In this document: one piece after another, positions 53,303 through 64,000 of the stretch | How the letters are laid out: each line of letters begins with the position of its first letter | Numbering within the stretch: the stretch's first letter is position 1 | Origin: Balamuthia mandrillaris | Lineage: Eukaryota | Assembly (NCBI GenBank): GCA_031835245.2 | Contig: JAVKOQ020000065.1 | Location: forward strand, 1 to 64,000 | DNA length: 64,000 nt | Direction of reading: 5' to 3' | The notes under the pieces: generated by a model | What the model saw: only the letters and a program-made list of their open reading frames with translations | Database searches by the model: none | Told to the model about the DNA's origin: nothing | Program-made: the position numbers and the translations under genes

Positions 53303-53955
53303 ATGCTGCGTTCCGCTTTGTGGGGCGGAGGGTAAAGCGGAGCAATGCCGCGAAGGTTGTTTTTGTAGACATTTTTGCCTTATAGAGGTATGCGGATGTC
53401 ATAAAATTTCCTATTTTGGGGTTTTTGCGGACACTTCTTCCCTATTTTGTGGTCTTTTGTGTTGTCCGCAGACAACTGAAAATACACAGCCATGTTGCTG
53501 TTGTGTGAGTTGCTATTTCAGTTTTGGTGCTTCACTTGTGTGAATAGTTTGCTCATCTTTCAAGACAAGCAAAGCATTCACAAAAGTGAAGGCTTTGTCA
53601 ACGACAGCACTGTTGTTGACCATGCTGCAATTATCTCAGGAGTTGCACAAAGCAACAAACTATGACAATGCAAGGCATGCAGGGAGAGAGATGGTAGCCC
53701 CTAGACTCAGGACCCAAAAAGGATCCAACACGACTTGCATGTGTTTGTAATCAAATAACACAGCCTTCCGCTATACTATTCCTTTAAAGATTACAACTTT
53801 ATACAAGAAGTGACCATTCCCTTGTACTTGCTTTCACAAAGTACCACCTTGTTTTTAAAAAGGTCAAGCATTCACACCTTCACAGGGAAAGGTGAGAGTT
53901 ATTCAACCAGCCCACAATAAACATTATGTGTTAGTCATGTCCAATGTAACAGCAA

Positions 53956-53991
<36 letters not shown>

Positions 53992-56900
53992 AGAAGAGAA
54001 AGAGAAAGGAGATATGTACCATGTTCTCAGCAACAGAAAAGAATAATTTAACCTGGCACTGCAAGGTCTGAACAAGACAAAGAAGAAGAGTGCTCTTGCT
54101 CCCATTTCATAAATGCTCTCAGATGCTGTAATACTTGCACACGAGAGGAACCAATGCCAATTGCACACTGTTGTCCTGCAAATTCTTGCTTTTTAGCACG
54201 AAGAAACTGCTTCATAACCTTGACAGTAGCCTTTTGTCCTGGTGATAAGTAACCATGGCATCCAAGGTATGCTACCACATCTTTTTCCTCCTCTACAGCT
54301 TTTTGTCATACTGTTTGGCGATGGGCACTTTCACAAAGCTGTTTGTAACGCTCAGCAGCCCGTTGACGGCAAGTCATAGCTTTGTTGAGAAGGTCACGAG
54401 CTTTGCTGCGTAGCTTGAACCTATTGGCATAGCATTGCATGAAGTTAGCAATCTGATCATCATCAACACTCCTTACCTTAGCCACTGCTGAGATGATTGG
54501 AGAACGGACATTGTGGTTTTCATTCCATAGCCGGTTCAACAAACTAAATAAACGTTCCCCAGAGCGGTTGCTGGAGTGAATATATTGTGGTGGCTTACTA
54601 TAGGAAGGAAGGGAATGGATGGTGCTTTGAGGTAATGACAAGGGTTGTATGAGTTGTTCACCTGGAAGGCTTGTCTCTGCTGACATGGGTTGTTGTGTTG
54701 ATTGTGGCTGTTCTTGATGCTCATTTGTGGAGGCAGTAGTTGTAGGAATAGTTGGCAAATAGGCTGAGTTGTGCTTTTCTAGCATAAATAAACAAGATTG
54801 ACACCATTGCTTGCCTAATAAAAAGGTTAAAGCTGTGGAATCAAAAGCAAATTGTATACCCAAATCACCAAAAATGCCTTCGTTTACAGAGGGAGACAAG
54901 TCTACTTGCAAGGAAGCTGGCAACTCTATCCATTCAAGGCCAAGCTTATGTGCCAAGGCCTTAGCATTGATGGTCAGCTCTTTGATCTCTGCATAAAAGT
55001 TGTGAAGAGTGGCCAAGTAGCGATCACGATTAGTTTCCCTATTGCCATTAGCCATATACCGCTTCAACATGCCGAAGCTCCATGCCATGACTTGCAATAA
55101 ACAGTCCACTACTGGGTGCTGTAGCACAGAATAAAGGTCTATAGCAGTCTGGTTGTTTTGTTGTTTTTGTAAAAGCAACCAGTTAGTCAAGAGCTCTTTA
55201 TTATCAACTATTACCTTGGCCATGTGCTCAAAGCTTATGTAGCGTGTTTCTGTCACACGTGGAAACACAATCAAGGTGTTCTTGCTGCCCTTGTTCCTAT
55301 CTTTGTTGATTTGTTGTTGTTGTTGTTGTTGTTGCTGTGGCTGTTGCTGCTGCTGCTGCCGCTTTTCCAAGACAAAGCCCTCCCAAGCACTCTTCCAAGG
55401 GAACATGTGCATGCGCTTGGATAAAACTTTGAGAAATTTACTTACCTTGCTACAACCCGTAGGAAGTGACTCCCTCTCCATCCATCTTTCCAGCAGCCGC
55501 TCTGCTATTTCCAAAAAGTGCTTGGCCACCAAGGAAGCAATGTGGTCATCACAGCCTTTGACCTCCAGTTGTGTTGGAGGAAGCTCTTTTCGTGCTGCTG
55601 CTTCAGGATGGTCTTCCTGCCATTGTGCTAAGCGTTTTTGTCGCAAAAGGGTCCCTACTCCTCCCAGCCATCCTGTGTTGGTGCTGGTCAGGTCAAAGAC
55701 CACTTGCTCAAAGTGGTAGAGCTTGGTGATGGTGGAAGCAGCCAGTCCCAGTTCTTGTTGTTTAGCTTGAATATCCTGTAGGCATTCAAGAATCAAAGTA
55801 CACAAGTCTTGGGCAGTGTGTCCCAAGACTTCTTTCACAATCACAGGAAAAAATACTTTCTTACCTTGACCAGGTTGTTCTTCCTTGAAGCCACCAAACT
55901 CCACCTCCACAAAGCTCCGCCCATCTACTTTGGAGGACTCATCCACTCCCACAAACAAGTACTTTAGTTGAGGCAGTAGTTTGGCCATCCCATAGTCCAC
56001 TGCCAATCCAGCTTCCACCACGGCTCGGTTCACCGAGTCCTTGGAGAACACCTTGGAGGGAACCTTGACCCCAAACAGCTTGGCGCAGATTCGCAGCACT
56101 TTGGGCACAGCACTGGCCGTCACCAGGTGGCGGCGCAGTTGTGCAACGGCCACTCGCTCTGCCAAGGTTAGATAGCGAGGATTTTTCTCACCTGTTTCCT
56201 TTTGTACCTTTTTTCTGTGGGCTTGTTGTGCTGCCCGCAGGCGTGCCAGTTCTTGGCGCTGTTGTTTTCTTTTTTTTTGTTGGTACCTTTTTTTGCGTTC
56301 TTGGTAGCGAGGTTGGTTGCTGGCGCAGATCTTGCACAGGGTGGAAGTGGCTCGAACTTTGGTACAATGCTCGCACGCCACGCGCTGTTTCAAAGGTCTT
56401 CCTCTTCTTCCCATTCTCTCCTTTGTGCTTCTTTCTTTCTGTTTCTCTCCGTTACGAAATGTCGACACAACGACTTTTTCTTGCTATATTAGGATTCCTC
56501 ACTGATCAGATCCTCACTGAATTGTGATCGACAAACCGGCCAACACAGCCAATCAGCGCTCATTGAGCCGCTTTAGGGCGGAGGGGGTCACCCGTTGCGT
56601 TGCCGCCAAAGAAGGATCTTCGTTCCTTTTGCTGAACTGAAGTGCAGCGGGGTCTTGGCTCATATTACGAAAAACGTTCATCTTCAGGTTTGTTATTTTC
56701 CCCCCTCTCTTTCTCTCTCTCTCTTCCCTTTCCCTCTTGCTTACAACTTGCTTTCCCTCTCAGCAGGCGCAAACCGCTCTTCTTGCTTCTTCTTCTTCTC
56801 CCCCTTTTCTTCTTCGCTCTGCATACGACTTCACGTCTCACACAAGCCGCCACATGCAACAACCACAACCAGCGGATCGGAGACCTCTCTCCACCCAATC

Positions 56901-58600
56901 TCCCTCTTCTCCTCCTCCTGTTTCTTCTTCTTCTTCTTCTTCTTCTTCTTCTTCATGGAGAGAACAAGCAGAAGCGAGGAGAAGAACAAAAGCACCAAAG
57001 CCACAGAAGCAGCGACCCAACTACTTTCTGGCGGTTCGTTTGCAGCAGCCAGCCATTCTGGAGGCCGTCGCCCTCCTTCAGCGGCGGCTCGAGGCGGAGA
57101 GGCCGCACTGGCGGCGCTTCTTCACGCGCCCCTCCCGCTTCCACATCACCCTCTTTGTGCTGACGCTGTCCTCCTTAGAGGACGTTCAACTGGTTCACTC
57201 CTTGCTTGAGAGCTTTGGCACAACCTCGAGTACTTCCCTCGCTTCTCCTTCTTCTAGTTCTTCTTATTCTTCTTCTTGTGCTGCTGCTTCTTCACCTCTT
57301 CTAATAGACGAGAAGAACGAAGAGAAAGAAGAGAAAGAGAAAGAACAAGAGAAAGAAGGAAAAGACGCAGAAGAAGGAGAAGGAGAGGAAATGAAGAAGC
57401 AGCAGAAAAAGAGGAGAATGGAAGAGCGTTTAGTGGGGTGGCATGAAGAGAGGGAGTTTTACGTTCGTATCAAAGGGCTGGGTACGTTTAATAACAGAGG
57501 ATCGTTCGTGCTGTGGGCCGCCCTCGATAAAGCATTCCATGCTATCCAACAAGGTATTGTTTCCGTAACGTTTGTTTGTCGTTGCTGGTGCTACTGCTCT
57601 TTTGTTGTGGTTCTTTGTTCGCTTTTCTTTTTGGTTCTTCTGTCTAATCTTTATTACTCTTTTAAAAGAAGAAAACAAAGAAGAAGCAATCACCAACGCA
57701 CTCGCCACAAAAGAAGAAGGAGAATCCAAAAAACACGACGAGTCGCTTCATCCATTACATCGCCTCACAACTGCACTCTACCATCACTTTCGCAGCAGCA
57801 GTCCTCAACTGGTTCCTTCTCGACTCAACTTTGAGCCGCATGCCACTATATTGAAGATACGCAAAGACTTTTTAAGACGCAAACAACGACAACAAAACCA
57901 TCACCAAAATAGACAACAAAAGCGAGAACAACATTCGAAAGAAACGAGAGAAGGAGAACGTTGCGAAAACGACAAAATAATTGAAGAAAGAATGAACGCA
58001 GAAGGGAAAGAAGACGACGAAACACAGAACAAAGAAAACGAGGAAGCGAAGATAATGAAAGCGACAACAACACGAAGCCACAATGTATGGAAAGACGACC
58101 TTCCTTCAACACTTGAAGATCTCTTATTACCTTTACACGGCAACGCCAAAAACGAAAGCAATAATAGCAACGAAACTTGGCAGCAACATATTTTTGGAGA
58201 GCAGATAGTAACCTGTGTGGAGTTGTTAAAAATGGAAGGCTTTGATGAGGAGGATGGAGGCTATCCATGTTTTGGACGGTGGTTCTTGAATCCATCTGCT
58301 CCTTCTTCTTCGGCTACAATTTCAACTTCAACTGAAATGACCTCATTTGTTCTGCGGAGAAGTATCAGCGGAAGCAGATTCGAGGGAACGAAAAGAAGTG
58401 CTGCTGTGCTTCATCAACTGAAGAAAGAAAGGCAGAAAGAGGAGAGGCGACAGCTGGCGATGATGAAAACGACAGCAAAGCAGGAAGAAGAAGAAGTAGA
58501 AGAAGAAAGAGAAGGAGAGGTTGTAGAAAAGAACGAAGAGAAAGAAGCACAATCACAGCGACCAAACAGCGAACAAGGAAAAAACGTGTTCACCCCATGA
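53303..58600 (+). CDS. AKAP7-like 2H phosphoesterase (2',5'-phosphodiesterase family), exon 1 interrupted by a transposon; possible internal start at 56854
   Basis: RPNYFLAVRL, HIT and HAT 2H motifs (RFHITLFVL, FEPHATILKI), GLGTFN..VLWA, FGEQIVTCVELLKM..DGGY; removing the element rejoins MLRSALWGGG to GHPLRCRQRR in frame. Confidence 0.8.
53333..56575 (-). mobile_element. hAT-like DNA transposon, 3,243 bp, 15-bp imperfect TIRs, 10-bp flanking direct repeat
   Basis: TAAAGCGGagCAATG (53333-53347) and inverse TAAAGCGGctCAATG (56561-56575); GGGCGGAGGG at 53323-53332 and 56576-56585; encloses transposase. Confidence 0.88.
54048..56414 (-). CDS. DDE transposase (hAT-like), with one in-frame TGA at 54306-54308 near the C-terminus
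   Basis: GRRGRP, CEHC..CKIC, GVDESS (D1), VFDLTSTNTGWLGGV (D2), GCDDH (CxxH), SNRSGERLFS (E); same frame continues 85 codons past the TGA. Confidence 0.82.
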
Positions 58601-59176
58601 AACAAATGAGCATTAACAGTGATCTATGTAAAGCCATTGTGACTACCAGTCTTTCCTCTCTCCTTTGTGTGTTCTCCTCTTCAAGAAGGTATTTCGAAGG
58701 AAAAGGGGATGATGCTCTACCCTATGTCCGTAGTACGGGTTAGCCCATTCCACTGGGAGGCGAGATTAAGGGCATCCTACAAGAACCGAAAGTAAGAGGT
58801 CGGCGGTACCGCCACACACAGGTTGGTTGGTTCCACGAGGCGGAGCTCCGTTTGCTGTGGTGTAAGAGGAGGGGATGTCCTGCTAAAAGCGGCACGGCAG
58901 CGCAAGGACTCTTTTTGCTGCCCTTTCGTCCCTTGCCATTTCTCATCAGTCGCATACCAAATCTGGCAAACGCCGTTTGGCAAAGGAGAAAGATTATTAA
59001 GGTGACCTTAGACCCCAGAAGCTCAAAAAAAGGGAACAATAGCGCAGGTTAGGTGGGCACCCCTTCCACCCTTTCCAACCGGCCTGCCTGGTTTGGTATG
59101 TTCTTTTGGTCGTTGTGCGAAACACAAGCTTCACTTTCGTCGATACAGGCAGGCACAAGAAAGAAGCAACAAAGGC

Positions 59177-60001
59177 ATGTCAGCACAGCAGCCTAAATCC
59201 ACTGCTCCCCCTCAAACGAGCTCGGTAGGCAAGCGTTTCAACACAACGGCGGCCCGGATTACTCACGTGAACGCGGGGTCCTTGAGCAACAATAAGGACA
59301 GCAGGTCCAAGTCTCTTTCGGTGGCTCCAGCGATAAGCAAGGCCAGGCACCACCCTCAGCCCAACAGGACAACCCAACCCCCGAAGAGGGGCCACGAACC
59401 TTTTGACGTGGACACGGATGACGAGACGGAGCCCTCCTCGAAAGAGACACAACAACCCATACCCTCACCCTCACCCGCACCCGCACCCGTACCGGCATCC
59501 ACACCCGCGCCGGCACCCACTCCCACACCAGACACAGCGCCAACAGCACCAGCACCGATACAACCACTGCGAAACGCTTATCGATACCTACCACCAAACG
59601 AACACGTTTACGCATCGCGATACTCAAATCGTTATGAAGTGATCTACGAACGCGAACCGCGACACTTCCCACACCTACCACCGGAAGCATATCCTCTACC
59701 CTACACAGCCCCCACCCAACTGAACAGGCACGATCCGTACACTGCGGCGCAGGTTATCCCCCAGCCGAGTACCCTTAGCGAACCTAACCCGAACCCACCA
59801 GCCGCCGCTCCTGTCACTGATGGTCCAGCGCAGTCGAACTCCAGCGCGTACGTGATGACTAACAGGCACTACAGCTTGTGTTGGAAGTTCTTGCAAATGA
59901 TAAGGAACCGCGAGATAACCAGCACAGAACTCTTCGTGTCGGTGGCCTACTTACAGTCGCTGGTCGACGCCCTAAAGGCCGAAGGCCCTGCCACCGAGTG
60001 A
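59177..60001 (+). CDS. Intronless Pro/Thr-rich ORF (274 aa) of unknown function
   Basis: Open frame from ATG 59177; disordered N-terminus, possible helical C-terminus; no recognisable family. Confidence 0.4.
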   Translation: MSAQQPKSTAPPQTSSVGKRFNTTAARITHVNAGSLSNNKDSRSKSLSVAPAISKARHHPQPNRTTQPPKRGHEPFDVDTDDETEPSSKETQQPIPSPSPAPAPVPASTPAPAPTPTPDTAPTAPAPIQPLRNAYRYLPPNEHVYASRYSNRYEVIYEREPRHFPHLPPEAYPLPYTAPTQLNRHDPYTAAQVIPQPSTLSEPNPNPPAAAPVTDGPAQSNSSAYVMTNRHYSLCWKFLQMIRNREITSTELFVSVAYLQSLVDALKAEGPATE

Positions 60002-60262
60002 TGGGCAGCGTGTAGGGAAGAGAAATAACGTTTCTATAGTAAGAAAAAGTATTTTTTTTGAAGAAAGGACAACATGCTGCACATGAAAACAAACACAAAC
60101 CTGTTCAGGCGCGGCTTCGTTAGTAAGACGACACCTCCACGAATCTGGGTAGCGCAGTTCGTGGACGACCCAATCCTCATGCATCAGTATTTTACCTAGC
60201 AGGGGGGGGGGGGGGCTCTCTGGTGAGGTCAGAAGGAGCAACGACGCCAAGTTAGCGTCAAG

Positions 60263-60611
60263 CGGGTTTGTCTGTACCCCAAATAGAGCGGGTTTGTCTG
60301 TACCCCAAACTTTGTCCTTTGTCTGTACCCCAAAAATAAAAAAATAAAGACACCTTTTGGGGCACAGACAAACTATTTTGGAGCAATACCTTATTCAGGG
60401 TTTTTAAACCAGTTCTGCGCCTTTTGACTTGCGCCTTCTTATTTTTTGGGGTACAGACACCTTTTGGGGTGCAGACAAAGTTTGGGGTGCAGACAAAGTT
60501 TTGGGGTACAGACACCTTTTGGGGTGCAGACAAAGTTTGGGGTGCAGACAAAGTTTTGGGGTACAGACACCTTTTGGGGTGCAGACAAAGTTTGGGGTAC
60601 AGACAATACCG
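60263..60611. repeat. Foldback/MITE-like element built from an 18-19-bp unit TTT(T)GGGGT(A/G)CAGACA
   Basis: Three inverted copies 60267-60335, nine direct copies 60448-60606 with 55-bp higher-order period; ends CGGGTTTGTCTGTACCCCAAA and inverse CGGTATTGTCTGTACCCCAAA. Confidence 0.75.
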
Positions 60612-61287
60612 TCGGTGGCCCCCCAAAAAAGAAAGTTTTCTGTTTGCTTTCGCTGACGAATGGAAGAAAATAAAAAGAGGAGCTAGGGAAGGGAGAAATG
60701 ATGTCCGCAGAGAGCTTGTTGGGCAACGTGATAGCCAAGATGGATGGTTCCGGCAGGGCTTGAAAACAGCCGGTTCGGCTACAGCGGCTACCATGTCTGG
60801 GGCTGGGAGCAGTTCGATGCCAGTAACCACAGCCAAGTGGCATGATATGCTGTGCTGGGGATCTTTCGCCATATCCAACGCCCGCAACAGCGACACCTTC
60901 AACAGGTTTGTTGTAGTACCCACGGCTACAGGCTCTTCAACAACATTTCCATAGTCCAAGGGCATTGATCATCCAAAAGTTCTCCTAGGCATGTTCCTGT
61001 TGGGCCACCATCACCTCCGCGGCCTTGGACATCACCTTTAGCATGCTTTGTTTCAACATCCACGCTGCCACCGCACGACGGGCGTGTCCGCCCACAAAGA
61101 CCCCTTTTTGGCTACGAGTACCACCACCTGCCAGCCGGGGCGAGGGCTGGGGCGAGGGCTGCCGGGCCAAACCCGGTTGGAAGCAAAGCGAGAGGGGTTT
61201 TCTAGTGTGGCAATAAACTGAATAAATGTCGTTGTTGTTGACTCGTACGAGTATAAAAGGTCGACACGATCGTTTAAATAAAAATAA

Positions 61288-62864
61288 ATGGCAGAAGCGA
61301 CCACAGAAGAAGAACAGGGAGGAGCCTACCTGACCTTCTATCACGACCACAACAACACCAACTACTATGACTTTGTGGACGGCGATGATGGTTACTCGGA
61401 AGTGACCGACTTGAAAAAACATGCTTCTCTGGAAAAGAAGAAGAAGAAGAAGAACAAGAGGAAGAAAAACAACAGGAAAAGCCGAAATGAAGATGAAAAC
61501 TATGACGCGATCGAAGAAGAAGCAGAAGAGGAAGAGAGAGGGACACACTATGAAAGGGTAGACCTCGATGCTTTATCCCCGCGAGTCAAGTCTCTCTATT
61601 ATTCTATCCACAACAGCAACGACAGCGACAAAGAAGCAGACGTCTCTGCCTCCAGCTCCGCCTCGAAAGGAAAAAGAAAGACAAAAGAAGAACAAAAACA
61701 AGACTATGAGCAAAGAAAGAAACGGCTGGAGCAAGTGGAGGCCAAGAGCATACCGTGGAACCAGAGCTTCCAACAACAGCGGGAGCACTACAATGCTCGC
61801 TTTCAAACATTGGAACAACAAAAACAATTCCACAACAACAACGAGAAAGAAGGAGAAGAGGCCGAGAGAGAGGAAAGAGAACTGGTGGAGGAGGCGAGCG
61901 TTCGTTTGGGAGGGTTGGCAGAGGGATTCACGAGGGCGGCCGCTGAGGCGGGAAAGCTGATATTGGAGGAGCTGTGGTTGGGCGTGGAGCGGACGCGAAA
62001 GGACACGGGCAAAGCTGCCAAAGCGTGGCGCGTTGTTCCACCTGCTGTCCATGTTGGAGGGTATTTTCTTCTTCTTCTTCTTCTTCTTCTTCTTCTTCTT
62101 CTTCTTCTTCTTCTTCTTCTTCTTCTTCTTCTTCTTCTTCCTCTTCCTCTTCCTCTTCCTCTTCTTCTTCTTCTTCTTCTGCTTCTTTGCATGCTCCAAC
62201 TCTTCTTCTTCTTCTTCTTCTCTGTGGCTAACGATGTTTGTATCACCAATAGAATTGCTGGCGGAGAAAAGTACTTTGCATGTGGCATCTTCTTCAAGGT
62301 ATTATTGTTGCTCTTCTGCCTTCCTGTTTACTCTCTCTTTCTCTTGCTCTCTCTCTCTCTCTCTCTCTCTCACTCACCATACACCAAAAACCCACAAATA
62401 AATTAGCTTTGTTTAGACTTTAACGGATTGTATAAACGTGACTCGGAAGAACGAGCAGATGAGTTAAGCATGAAAGTGGCTGGTCATGAGATGAAAGGAC
62501 TGAACTCGATGGTGCATTGGATAACTAGCATTCCCGAGTTGCATCACTTGTGTTATCCATTGATGACTTTGATCGATTATAGAGGGTATCTATAGTATAT
62601 GTTTCGTCTTTCTTCTGCCTCTCATTCTCTTCTGACCACAACGTTAATAAATAATAACCAGATATCGTTTATTGGCATTGGCACAACTTCCGATAAACAA
62701 AAGCACGATTCGTTATGGCTGCTGCGATGGTGGACGTACCGTTTGGTACGCCAAAGAAGAGGCTATTGATAGGGAAATGCGAATGCTTGGCCTTTTACTC
62801 AATTTGGAGGGACACTGGGTATGGAGCTCCAGCGGCGTTGATAAAGCTTTTATATATGGTTTCG

Positions 62865-62895
<31 letters not shown>

Positions 62896-64000
62896 TGTCG
62901 TTTTAGTCCCTTTTCTTTTCTAACTTGCTTTGATGGAAAGGACCAGGAGATGTGGAATGTCATGTTGGCACTGATGGCAGGTTTTACATTGTCGGTAATG
63001 GGCTGCTTTCTCATTTATGGTTTTTCCATTCATCTCTTTTGTGCTAATTCTCGAGCTATATTCAGACACGGCTCGCATGGCACCACCTGCAGCGATGCTT
63101 CCAGGGTAGTATTTTCTCTTGCTCTCTTTGCTGTCTTTCTTATCTTTGTTTTTCCATCTTGTCCTCCTCTCTCCTCTCCGCAACAGGTCAAAATGCGGCT
63201 TTCTTTATCGTCTGTTGCGAAGTGAGTTCGTCAGCAATTGTGGGATAGGAGCATTATGCTGTGATGCATATTGCAGATGGGGCGTGGATAGGGATGACCC
63301 AACAGCCATTCGTCGCTTCAACGACAAAGTGAAAGAGGCTACTTCCTTGTTGGAACAACAGGTTTGTTCTTGAGTCGAATGAGAGAAACAAAAATCACTG
63401 AGTATACATTTTAAAAAACAAATAGGTCATTCCAAACTTTGTAAAGCGTATTTGTGAGATGAAGTCTTTTTCGTCCGTTCATCGGCTCTACAATGCGGAT
63501 GTTCGATGGCTCATCATCCTCATGCATCAATCGGGCATCAACCTTCGCTACCTTTCCTCCATTCGAAGACAGCTAGAAGAGGAGAAGGCTTACTCGTCTG
63601 CTTCTGCTGTTGTGCCTCTCTTACGTTCTGCATTGTTCACTGAGATTGTTGGTTCGTTTTCCTTTCTTTCCTGTCGTGTCTTGTTTTTTGTTGTTGACTT
63701 TGCTAGCCTTGAAAAAATAAATATAAAGCAAGAGGCATAAAGCACGACATTCGCCAAAAGTGGCGTGAGTTAAGGACCTCCAACAAAGCTGCACACAAAA
63801 ACGTTTTGACAACCTACCTCAACTCTCTCTTCTTCGCACTTCCCTATTCTTCTTCTTCCTCTTCCTCTTCCTCTTCTTCTTCTTCGTCCTTGTCGTCATC
63901 GTTGTTATCGTCTTCTCCTTCTTCAACTCTGTACGATGGTGAATTCTGGAGAGAGACAGTGAAACCTAGGGTGGAAGATACCTTTGGAAAAGATGTTTTC
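61288..64000 (+). CDS. CLU-domain (clustered-mitochondria/TIF31-like) protein, 3' end not resolved in the window
   Basis: IAGGEKYFACGIFFK, KVAGHEMKGL, PLMTLIDYRGYRLLA, YGCCDGGRTV, GPGDVECHVGTDGRFYIVDTAR, LYRLLRSEFV, MHQSGINLRYL. Confidence 0.85.

Noticed and set aside
53333..56575. Fanzor/TnpB cargo in the transposon
   Set aside because: No RuvC motifs or second long ORF seen
53332..56576. Element plus flanking bases reads GTAAAG...TTTAG, suggesting introner-like removal by splicing
   Set aside because: Splicing at these sites leaves 8 extra nt, and the next AG leaves 1 extra nt; both shift the frame of the 2H gene
58745..58870. EIKGILQEPKVRGRRY as a chromodomain remnant
   Set aside because: Too short, and the YLVKW core is absent
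60448..60606. Regular short repeats as a CRISPR array or telomere
   Set aside because: No unique spacers and no cas genes; the T4G4 runs are interrupted by constant 10-11-nt sequence and lie internally

Overview
Gene-dense, intron-rich eukaryotic DNA. Gene content (frizzled/smoothened-like GPCR, CLU-domain protein, RasGEF) and (CT)n-rich short introns suggest a free-living amoebozoan such as Balamuthia/Acanthamoeba; this is inference. I spliced about 22 genes by eye: TMEM147, PPAN/SSF1, VPS50, ABHD-type hydrolase, sHSP, TEX2/Nvj2-like SMP protein, RasGEF, a CENP-F-like coiled-coil protein, Fsl-type GPCR, CBS protein, GNAT-PX fusion, divergent phosphate-carrier-like SLC25, SmB, CCDC47, DDX1, RPT6/PSMC5, AKAP7-like 2H phosphoesterase, a partial CLU protein and several unknowns. 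Highlights: (1) a 3.24-kb hAT-like DNA transposon with 15-bp TIRs and a 10-bp flanking direct repeat, inserted in exon 1 of the 2H phosphoesterase gene; (2) two minor-spliceosome (U12) introns, one AT-AC; (3) a CENP-F-like protein with N-terminal similarity, KEN boxes and CaaX; (4) a GNAT + capping-protein-interaction motif + PX fusion; (5) recurrent GTCGAC/GTCGTCACGA promoter motifs; (6) a foldback/MITE-like repeat. CDS coordinates span start to stop including introns. Family calls come from recalled motifs, not database searches.
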